Source of the DNA: Limnochordia bacterium
GTDB taxonomy: Bacteria > Bacillota > Limnochordia > DTU080
NCBI GenBank assembly: GCA_050951545.1
Contig: JBMNJG010000007.1
Coordinates: 224,001 to 288,000 of the forward strand
Length of the DNA: 64,000 nt
Direction: 5' to 3'
Below are positions 48,448-58,305 of this stretch, piece by piece (position 1 is the stretch's first letter; each line of letters starts with the position of its first letter). Under the pieces are notes generated by a model that worked only from the letters and a program-made list of their open reading frames with translations, was not told the origin of the DNA and searched no databases. Made by a program: the position numbers and the translations under genes.

Positions 48448-49758
48448 GTGGTTCGGGTGCAGGCAGGTTTCGGGGAAGTGGTCATCACTCCTCCTCTAGG
48501 AGTAGGTATGGCAGGGTACTTCGAAGCGCGTTTCGCAGAGGGCATCAAGGATGACCTGTTCTCCCGGGCGCTTGTAGTGTCACAGGGCGATACGCATGTC
48601 GCACTTGTGGTGACAGACTTGATTTCGGTACTGTCGTGCGATGTCGAGGCAGTGAAGGAACACGTGCAGGCGAGAGTGGGGATCCCCGGATCAAATGTGC
48701 TAGTCGCAGCAACGCATACGCATACTGGGCCAGTGATCCATCGTCGCCCGGGTTCTCTGCGGAATGACCAGTACATGGAGCAATGGGCGCACCTTACTGC
48801 GGGTGCGGTCGAACTTGCTTTCCGCGATCGGGTTGAGGTGACGCTGGGCATTGGGAAGGGCTCTCTACCAGGTGTCGCCTTCAATCGCCGCTTTCATATG
48901 AAGAATGGACATGCGCATAGCAACCCGGGTGTCGGCAACCCAGATATTGTGAAACCAGCTGGACCAGTTGATCCGGATGTCACGGTCCTTCGTTTCGATG
49001 GACCTGATGGCGTGCCCGTGGGCGTACTTTCGCATTTCGGTTGCCACTGTGACACCGTCGGCGGGAAGCTGTTCTCGGCAGACTGGGTAGGCGTGGCGGC
49101 GAAGCAGATTCGCAGCCTGATGCAGCCCAAAGCCAGCTCCAGGCCCTTCGGTGTCATTGTGGTCAACGGCGCCAGTGGCGACATCAACCAGTTCAACGTC
49201 AACGACCCCGGACGTCGCCGGCGCTGGCCCGGGTTTACCGAGGAAATCGGCCTAGGACTGGCTGGAGAGACTGTGCGCGTAGCTGTTAGCTTGTCTCCTG
49301 AGCTTAGCGACCAGGTTGGGGCCGCCGTTACAGAGGTCAGCCTTCAGCGCATGCCTGTCGATGAATTCCTGGCCAAGAGTCAACAGGCCGTAGATGACCC
49401 CAAGGTTGGCAGCATGGAGCGTAGGCGCGCTCAAGCCAATCTCAAGCAGTCTAGGCACGACGATCCAGAGAGCTTCAACCAGGAGGTCATGTGTCTGCGG
49501 ATTGGGCCTGCTCTCATCATGAGTGGACCCGGAGAGATGTTCTGCCAGTTGGGCTTGCGCTTCAAAGACGCCTTTGATGACGCCTTTGGGATGGTAGCTA
49601 ACCTATCCAACGGCTGGTTGGGTTATGTGCCAAGTGCCAACGCCTATGAAGAGGGTGGCTATGAGCCCCGCTCAACCCGCCTACAGCCGGGAAGCGGCGA
49701 GGCCATCATCGACGCGGGTATCGCTTTGGGGAAGCAGCTGTTGGGTTCTGACCGCTAA
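48448..49758 (+). CDS. Neutral/alkaline ceramidase-like amidohydrolase
   Basis: Motifs ITPP.G..MAGY, ATHTHTGP, FNRR, CH, GASGDIN, PGE, GYVP, GGYE. Confidence 0.8.
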   Translation: MVRVQAGFGEVVITPPLGVGMAGYFEARFAEGIKDDLFSRALVVSQGDTHVALVVTDLISVLSCDVEAVKEHVQARVGIPGSNVLVAATHTHTGPVIHRRPGSLRNDQYMEQWAHLTAGAVELAFRDRVEVTLGIGKGSLPGVAFNRRFHMKNGHAHSNPGVGNPDIVKPAGPVDPDVTVLRFDGPDGVPVGVLSHFGCHCDTVGGKLFSADWVGVAAKQIRSLMQPKASSRPFGVIVVNGASGDINQFNVNDPGRRRRWPGFTEEIGLGLAGETVRVAVSLSPELSDQVGAAVTEVSLQRMPVDEFLAKSQQAVDDPKVGSMERRRAQANLKQSRHDDPESFNQEVMCLRIGPALIMSGPGEMFCQLGLRFKDAFDDAFGMVANLSNGWLGYVPSANAYEEGGYEPRSTRLQPGSGEAIIDAGIALGKQLLGSDR

Positions 49759-49790
49759 GGGACGTTTCACACCAAAAAGGGGGAAATCTG

Positions 49791-51995
49791 TTGCCTGACA
49801 CAAAGCTATTGCTGTTTCCGGAACCACAGGAGTGTGAGATCAAGCCGGGGCAGGTGGTACTTGCCACAGGGCAGGTTACTCGCTGTTCCATAGTCTTGGC
49901 AGGGGATGCCTCTGCGATGGAGCGGACAGCTGCACAGATCGTTCAGAAAGCAGTGGCAGAGAAGGCTGGTGGAGTGCCAGTTATCTGCACATCCCAGCCA
50001 GCATCAGATACCGTGCCGATTTGGGTCGGCGAAATTGCCCGTGAGGTCTTGCGTGATGAAGCCTTTGACTTCGCTGCCAGGGCCCAGACTGCAGGTCTGG
50101 ACTCGCCGAGTGGAGAGGCCTACGCACTTGAGGCGACGCCTACGGGTGTGGCTCTGCGCGGTGTCGGTGGGCCAGGCACTTTCTACGCCGCCCAGACGCT
50201 GGCTCAGCTGATCTCTTGCCAGAACAACGAAGTGACGGTGCCAGTGGCCAGTGTGCGTGACTGGCCACAGATGAACCAGCGAGGGCTCTTCGTCGAGTCC
50301 AAGTGGGGTCAGGACCTCATGACTCTGGCAGACTGGAAGGCAGCCATTGATCAGCTGGCCTCTTTGAAGATGAACCTGCTCGGAGTAGGGGTCTACGGAT
50401 GCTGGCGCATCCAGTACGATCTGAAGCCCACTGAGTTCATGCTGCTGCCACTGGAGAAATACCCCGATCTGCATACGCGCAAGACTCTCGATTTCTACTC
50501 GGCGCGCAAAAACGCCTGGCAGTCGCTTACTTACCTGCCGACCATGTATGCAGAAGACTTCTTTGGCGAGGTGGTGGCCTACGGCCGTAGCCGAAACGTT
50601 AAGGTGCGCCCCCACTTCAACAGCCTTGGGCACAACACTCTCATTCCGCGTCTATATCCAGAGGTGTCCGCGAAGGATGCTCATGGCCAGCCACGAGGAT
50701 ATGGGCTTTGCTTAACTAGCCCTCAGACGCGCAAGATGATGGAGGAGATTCTCTGCGAGATCGTGGATCGCTACCTAACGCCCTACGGCGTTGACGATTT
50801 TCACCTAGGTCTTGACGAGGTATGGCCCTTGACGGGTCTGTATGCCTATCATCCTCAACAGAGGGTTGAACCGTGGTGTGAGTGTCCAAGTTGTCGTAAG
50901 GCCGATCAGAATGAACTCTTCGTTGACTATATCCTGGGCTTAGTCAGTGCACTCAAGGCTCGGGGGATCCGCCATGTGACATTGTGGCACGATCAGCTGG
51001 AGCGTATGGGTGTTCTGGATGATTCATTCGTTGAGTTGCTGGAGGAGCGCGGGTTGAAGGATACGATCATCCTCAACTGGTGGCGCTATGCGGTGACTCC
51101 CTTCGAAACGACCAAGCCAGAGCTGGGCCTGCGCCGGAGGGTATCGCCCTTGGGAGGCTACTGGCTCTGGTCACCCTACCGCAACTATCTCGTCAACATC
51201 GAGAGCATGAGTCGCTTGGGCGTGGAGGAGAGGGCCGAGGGCATCGAGGCCTACTCACTGTATGATGAGGCTTTCGATAACCACCAAAGGCTGATTGCAG
51301 ACTGTGGCTGGAACTATGAGTCCGTCGGCTCACTCCCCGAGTGGAAGGAAAAGTACGCGCACTACGTCTTTGGTCCGCAGTGGGAGAAAGGCCTGCAGGC
51401 CATGAGAGACTTTGACGAAGTAAGCGAGTTGGGGTCGACGCTTCTAGGTTTCGTGCAGAAGCTCGACGCCTATGGCTACACCTACGTCCATCCACAGCGC
51501 GCCTACCCCCGCGCCTACCCGCAAGAGGCGTTAGCCGCTCTTCTGGCTGATGAGCAAGGTGCGGAGCGTCTGAAGGCGGCTACGGGGGCAGCTGGACGGG
51601 CTCGTCAGGCTTTTGCCGAACTGGCTGAGACGCGCATTCCGCGCGGTGATATTGCCGCCCAGATGGAAGCCGAAGCGTGGCGGATAGAGGGCCTGGTAAG
51701 GGTTTTTGATAGCCTGGTCAAGGCCAAGGAGGCCTATGAGAGAGCAAGTCAGGCTGGAGGCAATGACGCGGTATGTGAGGCCGTAGCGAGCGCGCGCGAC
51801 CACATCGTCGAGGCTCTGCGTCTCCACCACCGTGTCACCCTCGCCTGCGAGCGGGCGAAGGCCGAATATCTGGTGCCGACGATTCTGCGCAACTGGAGCA
51901 CCATGCTGCCATTCCTCGACCAGACGCTAGCTGCGCTCGAGGCATGTCTGGCTGGGGCACCACTGCCGGAAATCAACTGGACCAACGTCGAGTAG
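49791..51995 (+). CDS. GH20-like beta-N-acetylhexosaminidase (cytoplasmic)
   Basis: P.PQ N-terminus, EAY.L, TL.QL, DWP....RG, P.FNSLGH, catalytic FHLGLDE, extra WCECPSC motif. No signal peptide. Confidence 0.75.
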   Translation: MPDTKLLLFPEPQECEIKPGQVVLATGQVTRCSIVLAGDASAMERTAAQIVQKAVAEKAGGVPVICTSQPASDTVPIWVGEIAREVLRDEAFDFAARAQTAGLDSPSGEAYALEATPTGVALRGVGGPGTFYAAQTLAQLISCQNNEVTVPVASVRDWPQMNQRGLFVESKWGQDLMTLADWKAAIDQLASLKMNLLGVGVYGCWRIQYDLKPTEFMLLPLEKYPDLHTRKTLDFYSARKNAWQSLTYLPTMYAEDFFGEVVAYGRSRNVKVRPHFNSLGHNTLIPRLYPEVSAKDAHGQPRGYGLCLTSPQTRKMMEEILCEIVDRYLTPYGVDDFHLGLDEVWPLTGLYAYHPQQRVEPWCECPSCRKADQNELFVDYILGLVSALKARGIRHVTLWHDQLERMGVLDDSFVELLEERGLKDTIILNWWRYAVTPFETTKPELGLRRRVSPLGGYWLWSPYRNYLVNIESMSRLGVEERAEGIEAYSLYDEAFDNHQRLIADCGWNYESVGSLPEWKEKYAHYVFGPQWEKGLQAMRDFDEVSELGSTLLGFVQKLDAYGYTYVHPQRAYPRAYPQEALAALLADEQGAERLKAATGAAGRARQAFAELAETRIPRGDIAAQMEAEAWRIEGLVRVFDSLVKAKEAYERASQAGGNDAVCEAVASARDHIVEALRLHHRVTLACERAKAEYLVPTILRNWSTMLPFLDQTLAALEACLAGAPLPEINWTNVE

Positions 51996-51999
51996 GCAT

Positions 52000-53109
52000 C
52001 TATGCCAAGAGGGTGTGCAGCGGCGTACAAGGTAGATTGTGCGCCGCTGCTACACTTGCGTGTACTACGGCACCCCCAAAGACATTCACGCCCTTTGCCA
52101 GGGTAGGGCTCTGTCGCAGCGCGTCGAGTCCCTGATCAGCTAGCTCAATCACGTACCGTTGCGTGGCGTTGGCTAGGGCGAACGTGGAAGTGCGAGGGAC
52201 CGCCCCCGGGATGTTGGAGACCGCGTAATGCACGACACCGTACTTGATGTAGGTGGGTTCTGAGTGCGTGCTGGGGCGATCGATCGTCTCGATGCAGCCC
52301 CCTTGGTCAACGCCCACATCGACAATCACGGAGCCGGGCCTCATGGTGCGTACCATGGCCTCGGTGACGAGACGCGGTGTGCGGGCACCAGGAATCAGAA
52401 CCGCTCCTACCAGGAGGTCGGCGTAGCTCACCGAGCGTTCGATGCTCTGACGGTTAGACATGACCGTGGTGAGGTTCCCGGCAAGTACATCCGCGAGGTA
52501 GCGTAGTCGGTTCACATTCAAGTCAAGCAGTGTCACGTGTGCTCCCATGCCCAACGCGATGCGGGCCGCGTTGGCACCAACCGTGCCGCCACCAAGGATG
52601 ACAACTTCAGCGGGCGGCACACCGGGTATGCCACCCAAGAGAACCCCTCGTCCACCATGTCCTTTCTCCAGATATTGTGCGCCTATCTGAATCGCCATTC
52701 GGCCAGCAATCTCACTCATCGGGGTGAGCAGCGGCAGTTCGCCGCTTGGCAGCTGCACAGTCTCGTAGGCGATGGCTGTCAAGCCTGTTTTCATGAGTTG
52801 CTGTACGAGTCGAGGTGCAGCGGCGAGATGCAGGTAGGTGAACAGAATCTGGTCTTGCCGCAGAAAGCGGTACTCCTCAGGCAAAGGCTCCTTTACCTTG
52901 AGTATCAGATCGGCGCTCCAGGCCTCGCTAGCAGTGGCTAGCGAGGCCCCAGCAGCAGCGAGCTCCTGGTCACTGACGCCACTTCCAAGTCCAGCACCAG
53001 CTTCTACCACGACTTCGTGTCCCCGTTGTGTCAGCTCTTCAATGACTGCGGGAGTGAGTGCCATGCGGTTTTCCTGATCTTTTATCTCCTTAGGCATGCC
53101 GACGACCAT
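52000..53109 (-). CDS. ald: Alanine dehydrogenase
   Basis: Motifs GMPKEIK..ENR, KVKEP, YLHLAA, LLTPMSEIAGR, GGGTVG, DQGGC, NIPGAVPRTST. Confidence 0.95.
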   Translation of the reverse strand: MVVGMPKEIKDQENRMALTPAVIEELTQRGHEVVVEAGAGLGSGVSDQELAAAGASLATASEAWSADLILKVKEPLPEEYRFLRQDQILFTYLHLAAAPRLVQQLMKTGLTAIAYETVQLPSGELPLLTPMSEIAGRMAIQIGAQYLEKGHGGRGVLLGGIPGVPPAEVVILGGGTVGANAARIALGMGAHVTLLDLNVNRLRYLADVLAGNLTTVMSNRQSIERSVSYADLLVGAVLIPGARTPRLVTEAMVRTMRPGSVIVDVGVDQGGCIETIDRPSTHSEPTYIKYGVVHYAVSNIPGAVPRTSTFALANATQRYVIELADQGLDALRQSPTLAKGVNVFGGAVVHASVAAAHNLPCTPLHTLLA

Positions 53110-53163
53110 CTGGTTCCCTCTCTCTCACGGTGACGGTTGCTGTGTTACATCCGAACTTCAATT

Positions 53164-53190
53164 ATTCCACCGCGAAAGGCGATCCCCTGC
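53164..53190 (-). promoter_or_regulatory. Putative sigH-type promoter of ald
   Basis: GCAGGG-N17-GAAT on the minus strand. Confidence 0.4.
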
Positions 53191-53193
53191 GCC

Positions 53194-56100
53194 TTATTCA
53201 GTACGGTATCCGGTGAGTATCACCTGGCCAATCTGCACGGCCTCTTTCGGTAGGGCATCAGAAAGCACAAAGCGGAACCAATGTAGGTTGGGCTCATCGC
53301 AGAAATCAAGGGTGACCCTGGCTCGTCGCCAACCATGCTCACCGTCGTCAACTTCTGCTTGGTAGGCAACCGTTCGCCAATCGTCACCAGTAGAAGAGAC
53401 CGCTAGTTCGAGTGCTTTGGTGAGGTCGGTCTCCAGGCGTATGAATAAGGTCATGGTGACTTGTATCAGTTGCGGGGTCTCCCATATCAAGTACTCGGTG
53501 GTATCAGTGGCTCGCACCAGTCGTTCGGGGTCGCCAAAGAAATGCTCGCTATTGTCTGTTGCGTAGGCCCATCCGGCGGAACGTCGCTCTGTCTGCAAGA
53601 AGTCAACCTCACCGAACCACCCTTTTGTTACAGGTGGCGTCATGTCTTGCTCAAGTGTCCAGTGATTCCACACCTGGAAATCTACCGTGTGCTGGAAGGT
53701 GCCATGCTGCTCATGTACTGCTGCTATGGTCAGCGAGTGCCGCCCATCGTCTAGTTTCGTGGTGTCAATGACCACCTCGCCTTGGGCGGGTAACGCAGTC
53801 CCAGTATAGAGGGGCTCATCGTCGTTCAAAGTGAGCGTGACCGTCTCAAGCCCAGCCGCTACTGAGGGGTTGACCCATTCGAGGTTTACGGGAAGGAGGT
53901 CGGTCGCCACGGCACCGGTACGGGGTGAATGGGCGTTGATGCGCATAGGAGGATGCCCGAAGACCCGTAGGACCACCGGAGCGTACTCTGCTCGCCAACC
54001 GATGCTCGTCGTCTCTGTTGCGGAAGTTTGGATGGCAAAGGGCACTAAGGTGTCATAGTTCCATTCATCGCGGGGGGGAATGGCAGAGGGAGCAAGAAGC
54101 CCGGCCACCCCTTGGCGAGCGGTCTGCAAAAGATCAGTGCCGATATCCTCTTCCGTGAACCCACTCGCTAGCAGATAGGAAAGCCCGTAGTAGTTCCCTA
54201 GTGAGGGATTGCTTCCAGGTGGGATGCCGTGGGCTTGGAGGCTTGCACGTATTGCCTCCAGGTAAACGGGATCGTGGGTGGCTTCGTGGAATTCTATCAG
54301 CGTCGGAATACCGTTGGTGGGAAGACGGAAGTTACCCATGTAGAGGGCTGCGAGTCCGCTCAGTTGAGCGTTGGGGTCAAGATTGCCCCACATATCCTCT
54401 GGTTTGGTTGCCGAAGTGCCACGTGTTTCCCATGCCGAAGCCGCTTCGTCCAGGAGGGCTCTTGCTGTCCGCAGATCACCGCTGCTATGAGTCTCCATGT
54501 AGCGGTGAATCCACGCCGATGCGGCATATGCCGAGCCACTGCCTCCCTGTCTCCCTGCGTACGCTCGTACTTCCTCCAGAGCATCCGCAAACCGTTCATG
54601 ACCAGTGAGCCACTGCGCAAGATAAAGACCGCTACTCGGGGTGTACTGCATCTGGACAGAACCGCTCCAGTGATCTTTGTTTCGTCTGTGCATACCACCC
54701 GTCTCGGCAGACCAAGGGGCGAAAAATGATCCATGGGTCACATCAATATCCGCCACATGAAGCGCATAGTCGAGGGCCGCCAAGGCTATGTCCCGCTCCT
54801 CAAGCAGCAAACCTGTAAGCCACATGCCATAGTAGGGTTCTGCCGCGCCTTTTCGCCAACCGTAACGGCCGTGCAAGGCCCAACGTCCAGGATGCAGGCC
54901 TCGTTCCGGGTTACTCCCCGTGGAGAAATTAGTACGGATGTCGCCAAAATTGGCAAACCCATTCCAGCGCCAACGGTCTCTGGAGGCCAAAACGAAGTGA
55001 ACATTGGCGTTCAGGCCTGCGAAGTACTCCCCATTGCTCTCAAAGGTGTCCGACGACAGCGGGCCCAGACTACCTGTGGTGACTATGTCTTGCTGTGAAG
55101 GTAACCACAGAGTATCTCGCTGAGCCTCAAGACGGGCCAACGCTGCTGCGTCATCGGCACTTTGTCCCCACACAAGGCTACTCTCCATGGTGCGCATAAG
55201 ACCCACGGCGCTGGCGTTGACATCGCTGGCCGCCATGCCGAATTCGTCTAGTGTGGCCGTTGAGCGCAAGTCCAAAGCATAGCCCGAGTGATCGCTCCAG
55301 GAGGCTAGCACAATGGAGTTCTCGTTGATGCTCATGTGGTTGGGGCCAAGGCGTGTGAAACTTGGGGCGCCAATACCGATGTAGCGCGCCGGGGGTGCTC
55401 CACTCTTGGCATGCGCGTTGACCAATCCGACTCGTCCATCGCTAGTTTCGACAAGCGACACATCCCACATCGAGTCGGGCGATTCGCTCTCAGCGACACG
55501 GTCTGCTCCATGAAGCACCAGACCACGACCAGTTGGGTCTGACTGAGTCTCCACGGGTCCAGATGACAGGTCAAAGCGCGGGGTTACATCAGGCACACTT
55601 GCTGTTGTGAAGGGCACCGAGAAGCTGGCCACCCATGCGGCCTGTGTCAGTGCGTATTTCTCTGGATCCCAATGTAGACCCCAGGCCATCTGTAAGCGGA
55701 TCACAGGGATGTCTCGGTAGATACGCACCCGAAGCTGCCATTCGACTCCGGCACCAGGGAGCGCTGCACCTCCGTCGCCCCGCAGTCTGTACACAGTGAA
55801 CAGATCGTTATCTTGCTCAATGACCTGCTCGCGAATCCTTAAGCTTAGGGGATGGGGGAGACCCTCTTGGTTTACAGCTTCCAGAGGTTCTGCCCAGGCA
55901 TACTGGCGCTCGTCGTCGGGAACTGTGTCAGGCAGGATGTGCTTTGGTTCGATGATGTCGATGTATGCGGCTTGGGGTGTGAGTATGGCTACAGTCTGCT
56001 CATCCCTACCGAGCAGATGTACTTCGCCCTCACGCACGACAAGCGAATCGACGGGAGGTAGAGGACTCTCAGTGATGGTGTATCCCGCAGGCATAGTCTC

Positions 56101-57210
56101 GTCGAAATGGACGGGAACGCCTCCATCTGGGGCGATATCAAGCGGTAGATGCTGAGGCCACACGCCATCTACGGTAAGCCAGCGGATGCTACCATCGGGC
56201 CATAGGGCTGCGGGCGATACCAAGGCCGGAATGCATTTCTCTTGCCCATGACGTAGGCCGCATGTTGCATCAGCGAGCTGCGAAGGATAGAGTTCGCCCT
56301 GAGAGATAGGGAGAGCCTGGTAAAAGGGGATGGCCAGGGCACGCTCTTTGTGTGTGGTCATTGCTTCAACCGTAGGTCGCAGGTGTCCTTCCCAGTCCAA
56401 ATGACGAGGCACTCCATCTCCACTTGCAGTGAATGACACTTCACGGGGAGGGGGGCCCGGTACCTCGGCCGGCGGCCCCACGGCGTGGGACGGTATTTCA
56501 TCCTTCAGGGTCCACACTCTGAAATCTCCATACAGCATCTCTCTGGGCTCCTGTGGGTTTGCCTCAAGTCTCATGATGAACTGGGTGTCTGCCCACGAAT
56601 CAATGGGTCTTCTGAACGGAAGAGGCCCGGCGACTGGTGTCTCCATGTCATTCAGATAGACGAAGGCTTCACCGCTCTCCCGGTTGGCTACCAGACGAAC
56701 TCGGTTCCAGCCTTCCTTGAGCTCCGCAAGCGCCATCATTGGCCCATCGGGCTTGTAGAGCAGTTTCTCGCTGTACGTGGGTAGAATGATCCGGTGGCTG
56801 TTGTGTTTCGTTACATAGTGGTAGATCCCGTTTGATCCGCCACGCCAGTTGAATTGGTATTCGATCGCAATGGTATGAGCGGTTTCGGCGGCAGGCCCCC
56901 ATAGAGGGGTTCTCACGATCACCGCCTGTGATGAGCTAGCCTCGGGCCCCGGAGGCGCAATGACACGCACGGCTCGCCCTGAGGCTAACCGAGGTTCGGA
57001 GATCACCTCCACTTGGCCGTACTTGTCGTCGACAGTCCACCCCGCCGGAGAACTCCCGATGTCATCGTCGGCAAAGGCGTCGGCGAAGAGCAATGCGTGT
57101 GGTCTCTCGCATTCCTTAGTCACGGACTCCTGAGCGGCTAGGCTGTGATTAGTGGCCGCGACAACCGCTGTCATGAACAGCACGATGGTCGCTATCTTTC
57201 GATACTCCAA
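53194..57210 (-). CDS. Large secreted protein with YetA/PcRGLX (PL26 exo-rhamnogalacturonan-lyase)-like core
   Basis: GGAGGT RBS plus TTG at 57210, then a signal peptide. Motifs WPDGSIRW, W.G...FGD, GRYGW, HVADID, HR....HWSG. Lectin-like N-terminus and Ig-like C-terminus. Confidence 0.6.
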   Translation of the reverse strand: MEYRKIATIVLFMTAVVAATNHSLAAQESVTKECERPHALLFADAFADDDIGSSPAGWTVDDKYGQVEVISEPRLASGRAVRVIAPPGPEASSSQAVIVRTPLWGPAAETAHTIAIEYQFNWRGGSNGIYHYVTKHNSHRIILPTYSEKLLYKPDGPMMALAELKEGWNRVRLVANRESGEAFVYLNDMETPVAGPLPFRRPIDSWADTQFIMRLEANPQEPREMLYGDFRVWTLKDEIPSHAVGPPAEVPGPPPREVSFTASGDGVPRHLDWEGHLRPTVEAMTTHKERALAIPFYQALPISQGELYPSQLADATCGLRHGQEKCIPALVSPAALWPDGSIRWLTVDGVWPQHLPLDIAPDGGVPVHFDETMPAGYTITESPLPPVDSLVVREGEVHLLGRDEQTVAILTPQAAYIDIIEPKHILPDTVPDDERQYAWAEPLEAVNQEGLPHPLSLRIREQVIEQDNDLFTVYRLRGDGGAALPGAGVEWQLRVRIYRDIPVIRLQMAWGLHWDPEKYALTQAAWVASFSVPFTTASVPDVTPRFDLSSGPVETQSDPTGRGLVLHGADRVAESESPDSMWDVSLVETSDGRVGLVNAHAKSGAPPARYIGIGAPSFTRLGPNHMSINENSIVLASWSDHSGYALDLRSTATLDEFGMAASDVNASAVGLMRTMESSLVWGQSADDAAALARLEAQRDTLWLPSQQDIVTTGSLGPLSSDTFESNGEYFAGLNANVHFVLASRDRWRWNGFANFGDIRTNFSTGSNPERGLHPGRWALHGRYGWRKGAAEPYYGMWLTGLLLEERDIALAALDYALHVADIDVTHGSFFAPWSAETGGMHRRNKDHWSGSVQMQYTPSSGLYLAQWLTGHERFADALEEVRAYAGRQGGSGSAYAASAWIHRYMETHSSGDLRTARALLDEAASAWETRGTSATKPEDMWGNLDPNAQLSGLAALYMGNFRLPTNGIPTLIEFHEATHDPVYLEAIRASLQAHGIPPGSNPSLGNYYGLSYLLASGFTEEDIGTDLLQTARQGVAGLLAPSAIPPRDEWNYDTLVPFAIQTSATETTSIGWRAEYAPVVLRVFGHPPMRINAHSPRTGAVATDLLPVNLEWVNPSVAAGLETVTLTLNDDEPLYTGTALPAQGEVVIDTTKLDDGRHSLTIAAVHEQHGTFQHTVDFQVWNHWTLEQDMTPPVTKGWFGEVDFLQTERRSAGWAYATDNSEHFFGDPERLVRATDTTEYLIWETPQLIQVTMTLFIRLETDLTKALELAVSSTGDDWRTVAYQAEVDDGEHGWRRARVTLDFCDEPNLHWFRFVLSDALPKEAVQIGQVILTGYRTE

Positions 57211-57365
57211 CCTACGGCACCTCCATCTGTATCCCCATGGCTGGTAGTGGGCAGCCACCCGGCAGATGGGAGCGCCCATTTCTGGACATTTCTTCTACCA
57301 GACTCAGCCGATGACCTCTATCGGGGGGGCCCATCATCTTCGCAGCACTGAGCGCACCCAGAAAC

Positions 57366-57397
57366 AGAAAGGGCGGACCCACAGGGCCGCCCCTCTG
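57366..57397 (-). terminator. Intrinsic terminator after the coat-like genes
   Basis: GGGCGG(A)CCC-ACA-GGGCCGCCC stem with a T-rich tail on the minus strand. Confidence 0.55.
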
Positions 57398-57414
57398 CTG
57401 TGTCAGTACAGAGA

Positions 57415-58278
57415 CTAGACTGGGGTCTGATCCGGTGGCATGCAGCGCAGGACTTCGGCAGGCACGGCGATAATGCACTCACGCGCAATCACGACGCTGA
57501 CCTGCAAGACGATCTTGAGCCTTAGCGTCACCGCTGATCCTGATGCACCTGGTGGACAGGGCACAGGCGTCCCTGACACGAGAAGCGCTTCTATTTTCGA
57601 GAACTCTTGAATGTGGTCTCCAGGCCTGATGCCAGGAATGTCATGGACCGTTTGGAACGGTATCGTCACCACTTGGGGGACGAACTTGCGCGCATCCGCA
57701 CAGGGGTTGGGATCAGTATCGTCAACGATGAGTTTCGCCCGAACAAAGCCTTCGTTGATGAGCTTGTTCTCGATGACTGTGGAGCCGAGTACGGGGTCGC
57801 CAATGGGTTCCAGGCGTATCGGATGCGTCAACTTACCAGTCGAATCGGTGCCGACCCCCACGGGTGCTTCGATGGTGAATGCACCCACCTTCTGAACACG
57901 CTCCTCAGCGATCACGACGAGAGTCTTGATGTGCACCCGTCGGTCGCCATGCGGTGGACGTGGTCTTTTCCTGTGCCGATCGCCTTTTTCGCGATAGGCT
58001 CGCTGGTCATCTGGTTCGCCGTACTCCCTGTGGTAGGGGCGTCCGCTGTAAACCTCATCGTCGCGATCAACAGGAGAGCAGTCGTGGTCGTGGTCCTCCT
58101 CCATGGGTGGGCCAGCGCGACGCTCTCGGAGGCAATGATGTTGAGCACGGGGATCTATAGGTCGGCCGCAGTCCATGCAAGTAGGACTGCGCGGCAGCAC
58201 AGAAGCCTTCCTGCGTGGCTCAGGTTCATTGTCGGCCGAGCTTGAGTAGCCCCATGATCCCCATGAGCCCCATGTCAT
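57415..58278 (-). CDS. Putative spore coat protein (SPOCS/DUF3794-like domain, low-complexity His/Cys/Arg-rich N-terminus)
   Basis: K.INEG.V...IPFQ.....PG..PGD..Q....L.LK.VL...VV..RE, paralogous to the neighbouring gene. GGAGG RBS. Confidence 0.5.
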   Translation of the reverse strand: MTWGSWGSWGYSSSADNEPEPRRKASVLPRSPTCMDCGRPIDPRAQHHCLRERRAGPPMEEDHDHDCSPVDRDDEVYSGRPYHREYGEPDDQRAYREKGDRHRKRPRPPHGDRRVHIKTLVVIAEERVQKVGAFTIEAPVGVGTDSTGKLTHPIRLEPIGDPVLGSTVIENKLINEGFVRAKLIVDDTDPNPCADARKFVPQVVTIPFQTVHDIPGIRPGDHIQEFSKIEALLVSGTPVPCPPGASGSAVTLRLKIVLQVSVVIARECIIAVPAEVLRCMPPDQTPV

Positions 58279-58305
58279 GTTATTTCGACCTCCCTTCCAC
58301 TGGCG

